Assembly (NCBI GenBank): GCA_951406725.2
Contig: OX597815.1
Coordinates: 124,062,001-124,126,000, forward strand
Direction of reading: 5' to 3'
DNA from: Octopus vulgaris
Lineage: Eukaryota
Length of the DNA: 64,000 bases
The notes below the pieces were generated by a model, which was given only the letters and a program-made list of their open reading frames with translations, made no database searches and was not told the origin of the DNA. Made by a program: the position numbers and the translations under genes. This document shows positions 12,237 to 23,903 of the stretch, piece after piece. Each line of letters starts with the position of its first letter. Positions within the stretch are counted from its first letter, which is position 1.

Positions 12237-14028
12237 TTTTATTTAGTAATATTAGTGTGCTTTACCAAATCTTATCCCCACCAAAAAAAAGTTTATGAAT
12301 TCAAATACTAGAATATCTATCTATTACCCCTTCCTCTTGTCGATACACGCTGAGCCAAACGACATTTTCTTTTTATATTTCATTTCATTTTTTTAAATAT
12401 TTCCTTTCATTAATTAATTAATTTATTTGTTTATTTGCAGATCTACGCAGCTATCTGTCCAAATGGATTCTTGTGATATGAACGAAGTTAAAAGACTTTG
12501 CTGTTGAAACAGTGTAAGCCTTCTGCAAAGCATTGATCTTCTCAAGAATTCTAAGCATTCATTCGGATAATTTCTTTCCCTGTTCTTACTCTAATGACAT
12601 TTACTTAATTGGTCTGAATATATACCATGTTGACGAGATTTCCCCTCACATTCCTGCACACAAACTATACTTGCATTGTTTTATTGTTAGCAAAGATATT
12701 ATAATGTACCTTAAACTCAATTCACTTACTACTTTATGAATAAGGATTTTAGGAGTACTTGTCCCTATCTGACCCACGTGATCTAGTTTATGCTTCTATA
12801 TGTCCCAAAAGCACAAAGATGACAAAAACGATACTTTCCTGAAATCCATTCATCTGTACGACAAGATTTCATGTGGTGGACAAACAAAAATTTCGTGTCG
12901 AAGCTAAGAGACTGTTTGCTTGAAGATTGCTTATCATCAGGAAGTCTCTGGCAGAGAAAACGTGTCAGTAGTGTTGTTCCTTGTTGAGTGACGAAGAATT
13001 CATGATGTACATGTTGACAATAAGAAAACAAAGTAAGAAAAAGAAGCTACAAGTACTAACAAGAACAACAACAACATCGATAGAATAATTAAAGGACAGC
13101 AACAACAAGAACAAATGCAACAATTTCTTAAATGCCTTCAAGGTCTTGTGATCTGTGTGAGGTCAGTTGTGTCACAGCTATGTATGTGGCTTGACCTTCA
13201 TCTAAAGTAGGAAGTCGTCGGCGGTTTCACTTCAGAGAAGAACGTCAGTTGCATGGACACATATGTATATGCACATACGCAAATTAACACATACACAGAC
13301 ACATACACGCGTAAACATTCATAAATATAAAGGCAAAAACACTCGTTTATATTCACATAGTTCTACACCCACAAGTACGCATTCAGCCACCCACACGAAT
13401 ATCTGTGTGTGTGATTGAGTGTGTATGTACGAGCGTGTGTGTGTGTGTGTGTAAATACATATGGTATGCAGCTACGCCGCTCACATTTTTAGTGGTGAGG
13501 TTGACTGACACACAACTCTTTAGTGCTTAGTAATAACTTCAAGCACTGTATATAAGTCGAGGGCAAAGGTTATTCGTCTCTTCTCTAACATTCCCTCTCT
13601 TATTGCAATGACAAAGAAATATTTTGTTGTTGTTTAGCCCCGGGTAAATTTTGGCCGAGAAAATCTTTGGCCAAAGACATTCCAGCCTTGACTAGCCTGT
13701 CATTTGGTTATTTTAGGCACGGTGTATTTAAGACATTACCCAATGTTTTCTTCCTTTCTTGATGCTATGTCTTGGCTCAGAGAAGTAATTTATTACCGAA
13801 CTGTTATTGAATGTTATTCAGGCTAGCTCAATATAGAATACTGTTCTATTAAAAATGAGATAATCATGGCTGCAGTACCTTTGATCAGGGCTGACTTAGG
13901 GGCTAGAAACAATAAAAGCCTTTAACTTCTAAATTTATTACAAAAAAGCAGGCATATTTACTTATTTTACATTCGTCCTGGTAGAAGTCAGTTTTATGTC
14001 TGTATATGTGCATATGTGTATATTTATG

Positions 14029-14091
<63 letters not shown>

Positions 14092-14106
14092 GTATATATA
14101 TGTATG

Positions 14107-14161
<55 letters not shown>

Positions 14162-14430
14162 GTCTGATTTAATATTTCCTACGGCTTCAGATACATTCCA
14201 CTCGAAGGAACCTATTTGGTCTCATTAAAAAGAGAAGTCAAACAATTACGTCCACTTACAAAAAATTATCTCCTGCACTCGACATTTTATCTATTGCTGC
14301 CACATATCTCTCTCTTCCACAGACCTCATCCAATCTTGCCCCACTCTTCCTCAATTGAAAAAGCCGACTTCTAATCATTTTTTGATTAGATTACCGTAAG
14401 CTTCAGCTGAGTCTGTTAGGTCCGTAGGGT

Positions 14431-14486
<56 letters not shown>

Positions 14487-14984
14487 CTCTTATTTGATAA
14501 CAGTGGCGTAATTTCACTGATTTAAGCAAGTTAAGAAATACAGACATAAAGTGATTAATGTATAAATATCTCGTATGTATGCATGCATGTATGCATATAT
14601 ATGTATGTATGTTTGGATATATGTGTACATACGAGTATGAACTCTTTACATGAGCACCACCCTGTACTTAACTCCATGTCCCCCTACATGGCCTTGCTAT
14701 TTGCTTTTGAGCCAAATTAACTAACTAACTAACTAACATGTGTGTTTCTGTCTAAGCGTTTATGTGCGCACATCTGCTTTTGTATTCTTGCGTACAGGAA
14801 GTATATAAATGCGCAAAACTGCTCCGTATACACGTGTACGTATATCGTATACATACATGCACTTGCTTGACTTAATGGCTACTTAGTTAACAACGATATG
14901 CGCAAGATGGACATTCGTCTACGTGTTGATACTCTTGAGAACCCTTGTTATGCATATATATCTTTGGTGTACACAACTCTATTC

Positions 14985-15445
14985 TACGCAGCGTGGCCGA
15001 ATGGTTAAACAATTTGCTTCGCAGTCATGAGAGACAGGTTTCGATCTCACTGCGTGGCATCTTGAGCAAGTGACTTTTACTTCAACCTTGGTCTTGTGAG
15101 TAAAAAATTGAGCGGAAACTGTGACGGGTGCATTATTTATTATTTCAAAGACCCAGTCTCGTTACATGAAGTCCCGGCCTCGTACTCATTATAGTGCATC
15201 TTAGGCAAGTGTCCAAGGTTTGTTAGTGAAGCTGGATAGACAGAAACTCTACAGAAGAACGAGGGTTGGAGTCTACTTGTAATTCAAAAGTCCAACCTTG
15301 ATACACAGTATCATACTGATTCGTTTAATGAATTACGTTAATTGTTTACATGTCTATGGAATGCTCAATTACTTACAGTCTATTTCAATGTGGAGATAAC
15401 TCAGTTGATTGAATAGTGGAATACTCTCAACCAACGAAGATCCAT
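14985..15445 (+). mobile_element. Degenerate tRNA-derived SINE(s)
   Basis: GTGGCCGAATGGTT A-box, GGTTTCGATCTC B-box, GGCATCTTGAGCAAGTG CORE-like segment, and a tail resembling the 3340-3510 tail. Confidence 0.55.
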
Positions 15446-16096
15446 TTACTAACATATTTTTGTTTCTTACGTGAAATTAATGAGCCATCAACGTTATCAC
15501 TTATCAAGAAATAGGAGCCAAAATTTTCAAATCACACTCAACCGTCTTTAAAAATCCCAGCAATAATAAACATACACAAAAAAATTAGCAGCATAACTGA
15601 TACATACGGAATGTGTACAACAACACATTTCATCGATTGTGTGAATGTAAATATCGCCGGCTTCCCCTCGAATTTCGAACCGCAGTTTACATATCTCAAT
15701 AACATATGCATGTTGAACATAACAATAGCTTAGTAAATATGTTTTTTTTATCTTCAGAATAGTTTTTTTAGTTAATAAAATGAAACATTTTCCCAAAAAG
15801 GACTTCGTTAAATACTAAGTTCTTTCTGTGAAGCGTAATACATAAAAAGTGATGTGTTCGCTGAATTCTATTTTTCTGTATTATGATCTGGTATTTGAAA
15901 AAAACATGTAAATATTAAAAAAAACAACATTTCATTTAAATTTCCAACAATTTAATTGTTCTTCATGCTTTACACTAAGTTGAAAAGTCACAAGGACTGA
16001 AACCAGTACTAAAATGTTCTTCATGATAAAATTATTTTAGCATTTTCTACCTTGTCTTATTTTCCTTATACATATCAACTCATGTTTTCCTTTTCA

Positions 16097-16174
<78 letters not shown>

Positions 16175-16177
<3 letters not shown>

Positions 16178-16651
16178 GCCAAAATTTAGATTCAGATGAA
16201 TTAGGTACTTAAGTAGAGGCACCAGAATTTAATACAGTTTCAAAATAAGGTGATTAAAATCAAAATAAGCAACATGATATCCAGTGGTAATGCAGTACAA
16301 TCGTTTCAAGCGACTCCATTTAATTGAACAATGCAACCGTTACATCAATTTAAATGCAGAGCAATCCATGGCTGCATAATTATATAGAATTGAATTAAAT
16401 TAAAACAGATGGACACATAAGTATGATTTTACCTAAAACCTCCAAACTGAAGTGAAGACAGCATGTTCTTTGTCAATCTCCTTACCTTCTTGGAAGTTTT
16501 AGGTAAAATTATACTAATGTGTCCATCTGTTTTAATTTAATTTAATTCTATGTAATTATGCAGCTGAGGATTACTCTCCATTTAAATTGATGTTATGATT
16601 GCATTGTTCAATTAAATGGAGTCGCTTGAAACGATATCCTGTTGCTTATTT

Positions 16652-16655
<4 letters not shown>
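16175..16655. mobile_element. Palindromic Penelope-like mini-element (inverted pLTR-like arms with hammerhead remnants) in (TA)n
   Basis: Inverted arms 16259-16445 and 16490-16655, each carrying a damaged hammerhead. Flanked by (TA)n on both sides. Confidence 0.7.
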
Positions 16656-16706
<51 letters not shown>

Positions 16707-16927
16707 ATCAATATAGGGTGGCAAAAAATTTTGTAGAATTTTTTTGCCACCAGCGGCCTAGCGGGAAAAAATTAAATAGTCATAAACCATTTATAAGTTC
16801 AACATCACGATCAAGGAACGGCCATAATAGGCCATTCACCCACTAGAAATAACAGCCAAAGCTTCAACCGCAAAATAACATTAATTCCGTAAACCAGGAG
16901 AAAATTTAAAAAAACCTTTACCCTGTA

Positions 16928-17034
16928 ATTTCTTATACGATGCACCGTTTCATCTACTGTTTAATGGTAAACTAACCTGATTAAATTAAATCAAGCCAAT
17001 CTTCCATAGGCCCTTAGATTCGTCAGTAAGAAAT
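16928..17034 (-). ncRNA. Type I hammerhead ribozyme (inverted array copy)
   Basis: Minus strand reads ATTTCTTA-CTGACGA-ATCTA..TAGAT-GAAA-CGGTGCATC-GTA-TAAGAAAT, with a perfect 8-bp stem I. Confidence 0.88.
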
Positions 17035-17526
17035 AGCCATATCGGAACAGATATTTTCACGAGGTACTTCTGTCCCTGCCTCGGCAATATCTGACCTAAA
17101 ATTTTCAAATCATCGGACTCGCGCCAAATTTATCGGCAGCAAATAAATATAAGCCGCCGATTCCATTACGGAACTAACCAGAAAATTCATAATTAATCAA
17201 TATAGGGTGGCAAAAATTTTGTAGAATTTTTTGCCACCAGCCTAGCGGGAAAAAATTAAATAGTCATAGACCATTTATAAGTTCAACATCACGATCAAGG
17301 AACGGCCATAATAGGCCATTCACCCACTAGAAATAACAGCCAAGCTTCAACCGCAAAATAACATTAATTCCGTAAACCAGGAGAAAATTCCGTAATGGAA
17401 TCGGCGGCTTATATTTATTTGCTGCCGATAAATTTGGCGCGAGTCCGATGATTTGAAAATTTTAGGTCAGATATTGCCGAGGCAGGGACAGAAGTGCCTC
17501 GTGAAAATATCTGTTCCGATATGGCT

Positions 17527-17633
17527 ATTTCTTACTGACGAATCTAAGGGCCTATGGAAGATTGGCTTGATTTAATTTAATCAGGTTAGTTTACCATTAA
17601 ACAGTAGATGAAACGGTGCATCGTATAATAAAT
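17527..17633 (+). ncRNA. Type I hammerhead ribozyme, array copy 1
   Basis: CUGACGA 17535-17541, stem II AUCUA/UAGAU, GAAA 17610-17613, GUA site 17623-17625. Stem I has one mismatch. Confidence 0.85.
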
Positions 17634-18015
17634 TACAGGGTAAAGGTTTTTTAAAATTTTCTCCTGGTTTACGGAATTAATGTTATTTTGCGGTTGAAGC
17701 TTTGGCTGTTATTTCTAGTGGGTGAATGGCCTATTATGGCCGTTCCTTGATCGTGATGTTGAACTTATAAATGGTCTATGACTATTTAATTTTTTCCCGG
17801 TAGGCCGCTGGTGGCAAAAAAATTCTACAAAATTTTTTGCCACCCTATATTGATTAATTATGAATTTTCTGGTTAATTCCGTAATGGAATCGGCGGCTTA
17901 TATTTATTTGCTGCCGATAAATTTGGCGCGAGTCCGATGATTTGAAAATTTTAGGTCAGATATTGCCGAGGCAGGGACAGAAGTGCCTCGTGAAAATATC
18001 TGTTCCGATATGGCT

Positions 18016-18122
18016 ATTTCTTACTGACGAATCTAAGGGCCTATGGAAGATTGGCTTGATTTAATTTAATCAGGTTAGTTTACCATTAAACAGTAGATGA
18101 AACGGTGCATCGTATAATAAAT
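18016..18122 (+). ncRNA. Type I hammerhead ribozyme, array copy 2
   Basis: CUGACGA 18024-18030, GUA 18112-18114. Stem I has one mismatch. Confidence 0.85.
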
Positions 18123-18506
18123 TACAGGGTAAAGGTTTTTTTTAATTTTCTCCTGGTTTACGGAATTAATGTTATTTTGCGGTTGAAGCTTTGGCTGTTA
18201 TTTCTAGTGGGTGAATGGCCTATTATGGCCGTTCCTTGATCGTGATGTTGAACTTATAAATGGTCTATGACTATTTAATTTTTTCCCGCTAGGCCGCTGG
18301 TGGCAAATAAATTCTACAAAATTTTTTCTGCCACCCTATATTGATTAATTATGAATTTTCTGGTTAATTCCGTAATGGAATCGGCGGCTTATATTTATTT
18401 GCTGCCGATAAATTTGGCGCGAGTCCGATGATTTGAAAATTTTAGGTCAGATATTGCCGAGGCAGGGACAGAAGTGCCTCGTGAAAATATCTGTTCCGAT
18501 ATGGCT

Positions 18507-18613
18507 ATTTCTTACTGACGAATCTAAGGGCCTATGGAAGATTGGCTTGATTTAATTTAATCAGGTTAGTTTACCATTAAACAGTAGATGAAACGGTGCA
18601 TCGTATAATAAAT
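18507..18613 (+). ncRNA. Type I hammerhead ribozyme, array copy 3
   Basis: CUGACGA 18515-18521, GUA 18603-18605. Stem I has one mismatch. Confidence 0.85.
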
Positions 18614-18994
18614 TACAGGGTAAAGGTTTTTAAAATTTTCTCCTGGTTTACGGAATTAATGTTATTTTGCGGTTGAAGCTTTGGCTGTTATTTCTAGTGG
18701 GTGAATGGCCTATTATGGCCGTTCCTTGATCGTGATGTTGAACTTATAAATGGTCTATGACTATTTAATTTTTTCCCGGTAGGTTGCTGGTGGCAAAAAA
18801 ATTCTACAAAATTTTTTGCCACCCTATATTGATTAATTATGAATTTTCTGGTTAATTCCGTAATGGAATCGGCGGCTTATATTTATTTGCTGCCGATAAA
18901 TTTGGCGCGAGTCCGATGATTTGAAAATTTTAGGTCAGATATTGCCGAGGCAGGGACAGAAGTGCCTCGTGAAAATATCTGTTCCGATATGGCT

Positions 18995-19101
18995 ATTTCT
19001 TACTGACGAATCTAAGGGCCTATGGAAGATTGGCTTGATTTAATTTAATCAGGTTAGTTTACCATTAAACAGTAGATGAAACGGTGCATCGTATAAGAAA
19101 T
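18995..19101 (+). ncRNA. Type I hammerhead ribozyme, array copy 4
   Basis: CUGACGA 19003-19009, GUA 19091-19093. Perfect stem I AUUUCUUA/UAAGAAAU. Confidence 0.9.
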
Positions 19102-19482
19102 TACAGGGTAAAGGTTTTTTAAAATTTTCTCCTGGTTTACGGAATTAATGTTATTTTGCGGTTGAAGCTTTGGCTGTTATTTCTAGTGGGTGAATGGCCT
19201 ATTATGGCCGTTCCTTGATCGTGATGTTGAACTTATAAATGGTCTATGACTATTTAATTTTTTCCCGCTAGTTGCTGGTGGCAAAAAAATTCTACAAAAT
19301 TTTTTGCCACCCTATATTGATTAATTATGAATTTTCTGGTTAATTCCGTAATGGAATCGGCGGCTTATATTTATTTGCTGCCGATAAATTTGGCGCGAGT
19401 CCGATGATTTGAAAATTTTAGGTCAGATATTGCCGAGGCAGGGACAGAAGTGCCTCGTGAAAATATCTGTTCCGATATGGCT

Positions 19483-19589
19483 ATTTCTTACTGACGAATC
19501 TAAGGGCCTATGGAAGATTGGCTTGATTTAATTTAATCAGGTTAGTTTACCATTAAACAGTAGATGAAACGGTGCATCGTATAAGAAAT
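19483..19589 (+). ncRNA. Type I hammerhead ribozyme, array copy 5
   Basis: CUGACGA 19491-19497, GUA 19579-19581. Perfect stem I. Confidence 0.9.
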
Positions 19590-19645
19590 TACAGGGTAAA
19601 GGTTTTTTTTAATTTTCTCCTGGTTTACGGAATTAATGTTATTTT

Positions 19646-20162
19646 GCAAAGCAACTGCTACCACAATTTGTAATCTTTCCATTCTATCAATGTGCCAATG
19701 GAACGCCAACATAAGTTAAATTAAATAAGGAAATTCTTCATTGAAAAATATAGGCCAAACCATAACCATTTCTAACATTTCTAAATAAGGAAACTCACCT
19801 CATTGTAAAAAATATGAAGCAAAACCTAACCACCTGTAATATTCTATTCCTTCTAAACCAAATCTTGTTAAATTGATCAAGCCTAGTCATTCCCAACATT
19901 TTTGATTATCTCCCTTATACCGGAAAAAATCCCTGATTACCTTCCCCTGCCTGGAACTCCATATTTCACAACATAGCGAAGACATGACACAATAGAGGTA
20001 AAGAAATTTGAGAAATTTGAAAAGAAAATACGAAACCAGTTATTTCTCCAAAAACTATGTTACTATACGAAAAATTTTATAACATTTTTCTAACATAACG
20101 ATTTAAATATATTCTTTAACCATATAACACCAGCCTTCTGTAGTTTTTTCACTTTTTTGTCT
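19646..20162 (+). mobile_element. Penelope-like element tail with a GIY-YIG endonuclease C-terminal remnant
   Basis: Translates AKQLLPQFVIFPFYQCANGTPT*VKLNKE/FFIEKYRPNHN, resembling the PLE endonuclease end (F.IFPF...R..KE..FI..Y.P.LN). Ends at (TA)n ~20163. Confidence 0.6.
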
Positions 20163-20989
20163 TATATATATATATATATATATAAATATATATGTATATT
20201 CTTTTCGTTTTTCTCTCCTTTCAGTTTTAATTCTTTTTGTGGGGAATTCCTCTATTATTGGTGTTTCTTTTTAAGCCAAGGCTACACCAATCGAGCTGCT
20301 CTTTAAAGAAAAGTGTTCCAGCCATGACAATTTTGTCTTTTATTAAAACATTATATAACGTATCGAACAATATGAACATACCCATTTTTTTTCAGAGACA
20401 GTGAAATGACATTTGAGATAGTTGTTTGCTCTCATGCGAGCTTTCTTGTGGAGTCGTTATAGTTATTTATTATTGTTTAACCCCAAATAAGCTTTGATTG
20501 AACATACAGTGAAAGGCATTCAAACAACGACTATCCAATCTAATATTCAGGAATAGTGTATATTGGAATATATAATCCAAGGTGATCATTTTTATGACTG
20601 TAGCATATATATGCTAAAGATATTCGACTGTTATTCACAGCAGGTTAAGCGATCACGTAGGTTCCACCGCTCAGTCATTGGCCTGTTGTTATAGCTGCTA
20701 TTGTTTAGCCCTAGGTAGATTTGGCCCAGCAGATTTATGATCAAAAACAATCTTGCTGTGACTGCCTCATTTTTATTTATTTATTTATTTATTTAAAACA
20801 GTGTGTATTTATAAGTGCCATTTCTTTCTTAAGATGGTGGTGTGTAATTTGAGGGAGATGTGGTTGTTATTCCTAGCTAGTCGGACGACTACATTGAGGC
20901 TTCCTCGATGGCTCTGTTATTGCTGGTGTTCCACTCCTTTTATTTTTGCTTTCTTTTCCATAATATTTTTGTTGTTATTTGTATTTTTA

Positions 20990-21713
20990 TCAAATGATGA
21001 TGAAGATGATGATGATGTTTCGTCTATCTTGCTCTTGTTTATCGATACAACTGTTGTTGTTGTGACTTTCCTGACTGGGTCGTATTGTTCTTGCTGTTGA
21101 TCTTGTCGTTGCTACTGATAATAATCGTGAAGTCCTGTTAATGTCGTCCTTGTTTTCATTGTAGTGGCCGTTGCATTAGCGGAGAAAGAAGTGGGAGTAG
21201 AAAAAGAAGAAGAAGAAGAAAAGTAGTAGTAATTGTAGTAGTAGTAGTAGTAGTAGCATAGCAGTAGTAATGGCGTTGGTGATGGTGGTGGTGGTGGTGT
21301 TGATGCCGTCGCTGGTGGTGATGCTCGTAGTTGTTGCAGTGACAGTAGTAGTAGTAGCAGCAGCGGTGGTAGTAGTAGTAGTAGTAGCAGCAGCGGTGGT
21401 AGTAGTAGTAGTAGTAGTAGCAGCAGCAGCAGCAGTATTAGTAGTTGTAGTAGTTATTCTTGTTGCATCTATTTGTTATCACAGTAGTAGACCTTGTAGT
21501 GTCTGTTTTCCTAACTGGGTGTTCCTGATGCTGCTGCTGTTGTTGTTGTTTTCATTGTTATTCTGATCTTTGTTGTTGTTACTGTCGTTATTATTGTTGT
21601 TGCTGTTGTTTTCTAGTAGTAGTAGTAGTAGTAGTAGTTGTTGTTGTTGTAGTTGTAAATTGACTAATTCATCAACCAACAATAGTGTCTATTTATTAGT
21701 GGCCAGACAGACG

Positions 21714-21771
<58 letters not shown>

Positions 21772-21775
21772 CTCA
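20990..21775. repeat. Trinucleotide low-complexity tract ((GAT)n, (GTA)n, (GTT)n, (CTA)n)
   Basis: Direct inspection of the sequence. Confidence 0.9.
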
Positions 21776-21992
21776 GCCGCTATTATACCGAGGAAATAAA
21801 TGGCTTGCCAAACTCCAAACTGAAAATAAATGAGAATCTAAGTATTTTTTCGCGATAAACAGTGTTAAAGAGGCCTCACACTATAAAATCACTGACTTCA
21901 TTCAATTAAAACTGAATGAAGTTGTTAAAGGGTCTTTAAACTTACCATTAAAGAGGTTTTGAAAAGAAGTGATTTGTTTTCCTTTCTACCCA

Positions 21993-22198
<206 letters not shown>

Positions 22199-22326
22199 TA
22201 TCCTTTACCAAGAATCACATTGACAGTACATCAGTGTTTGGACTGTCCGATGATGGCTTAGCTAGCCGAAACCTCGAAGACATTGCCGGTACTATTCATG
22301 TTAAAGAATAACAAATTTGTGCTCAA

Positions 22327-22500
22327 CAGGCGTGACTGTGTGGTAAGAAGCTTACTTCCTTACCACCTGGTTCCGGGTTCAGTCTCACTGCGCGGCACCT
22401 TAAGCAAGTGTTTTTTACTGTAACCTCGGGCCGACCAAAGCCTTGTGAGTGGATTTGGTAGATGGAAACTGAAAGAAGCCCGTCGTATAATATATATGTA
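22327..22500 (+). mobile_element. CORE-SINE 5' half
   Basis: Same family as 7180-7618. It ends at the internal (TA)n, next to the mariner at 22506. Confidence 0.85.
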
Positions 22501-22505
22501 TATAT

Positions 22506-23405
22506 CGAGGGGGTATCCAAACAAAACCGGAATTTTGCAATATTACTTTATTAACTTAGTTTTACACGTTTACATTTTTATTGCCTTCAAAGCGTCCTTC
22601 ATTTGAAGAAATGCATCAGTCCAGGCGCGTTTGCCTCTATTCGAAGCAGTGCTGGAACTCCTGCGAAGTGATGCCTTTTAACGCTTTCGTCGATTTTTTT
22701 ATTCACCTCTTCCACATCTGCAAATTCCGTAGCCCTAGCTTTCGTCACCGGTGATGACCTTCAAAAAAAGGCCCGGATCAATTTCCAATTATTCTTTCAG
22801 TTCATAACACGCCATGACTGTTTTTGATCTTCCGTAAGCAGACGAGGTACAAATCTTGCTGCAATTTTTTTCATTCGCGATTCCTCGCTCAAGAATCGTT
22901 GACAGGAGCCCCAGGTCACACTAACCACATCAACACATTCGTCAATTGTTCGTTGATGGTCCTCCAAGATCAGTTCATAAATTTTCATAATGCTTTCATT
23001 CGTTGGGGAGGTCGACGGCTACTCTGAACGAGGTTAGTCTTCAATTGACAAGTGACCATTCCCAAAGCGTGAAAACCGCCCATAAGCTTGCGTATTGCTC
23101 ATGACAGCATCCTTGTAAGCTATTTGAAGCATGACAACTGTTTCAGCCGCTGTTTTTCCCAGCAGAAAACAGAATTTCACGGAAGTACGCTGTTCCTTCT
23201 TTTCATCCAACGCAAGAATCAACGAACAAGGGAGAAGCACTGCAAACCAAAGATACACCACGTAGCTCTACGATCTCACCGGACGACGCTCATCGACATA
23301 CTCATATTTGAGGGTCGCATCAAGTGGCCTGTAGTAGTGGTAGCATGAACTACAACGGGCTTGTCCTACAGAGAACGTTTCCGGTTACTTTTGGGTACCT
23401 TCTCG
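22506..23405 (-). mobile_element. Internally deleted mariner-family transposon
   Basis: Imperfect ~27-bp TIRs (CGAGGGGGTATCCAAACAAAACCGGAA). Minus-strand fragments EQRTSVKFCF.LGKTAAET, ARFVPRLLT, VITGDES, then a jump directly to FADVEEV, so most of the catalytic domain is deleted. Confidence 0.88.
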
Positions 23406-23463
23406 TATATATCTATGGAAAATGAAATTCTTTCTAGATATACTATGTCTATATGAAAGGCTT

Positions 23464-23545
<82 letters not shown>

Positions 23546-23805
23546 GTTTGTCCATCTATTTATAAATATATAAAATACAAAATGGGACAAGAACGCAAAA
23601 CATCCAAATAGACGATACAAAAAACACGGACGGGTCATTCGAAGCCTTTAATCTTCAGTCAAGAACCGGATCATCCTCGCAATTTCGGCTGATTAATCTT
23701 GATATTTATAAACATACACATATACATCTATTGGTCAACCCTGATCGAGCAAGCCTATGAGGCGAGGCATATTAACCATGGTCATCTCCGTTTTTAGGGA
23801 GTAAG

Positions 23806-23859
<54 letters not shown>

Positions 23860-23872
23860 CGTGTGTGTGTGA

Positions 23873-23903
<31 letters not shown>

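Larger units (their letters stand above)
16704..19647. repeat. ~489-bp tandem repeat array carrying hammerhead ribozymes (retrozyme/PLE pLTR-like)
   Basis: Forward units 17386-19647 with CTGACGA at 17535, 18024, 18515, 19003 and 19491 (periods 489, 491, 488, 488). An inverted ~1.4-unit block occupies 16704-17389. Confidence 0.95.

Noticed and set aside
12441-12520. Possible exon (TTTGCAG acceptor, GTAAGC donor)
   Set aside because: Stops in all three frames and no neighbouring exons or homology, so it cannot be supported as coding.
16704-19647. Array interpreted as a CRISPR array or a coding repeat
   Set aside because: Units are ~489 bp and identical throughout with no unique spacers, the context is eukaryotic, and there is only a 26-codon ORF per unit.
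20801-21833. Hydrophobic poly-V/poly-L ORFs resembling membrane proteins
   Set aside because: They derive from trinucleotide microsatellites.
23570-23702. Minus-strand CGAAA...CTGAAGA motifs
   Set aside because: Stems I and II cannot be formed, so no intact hammerhead.
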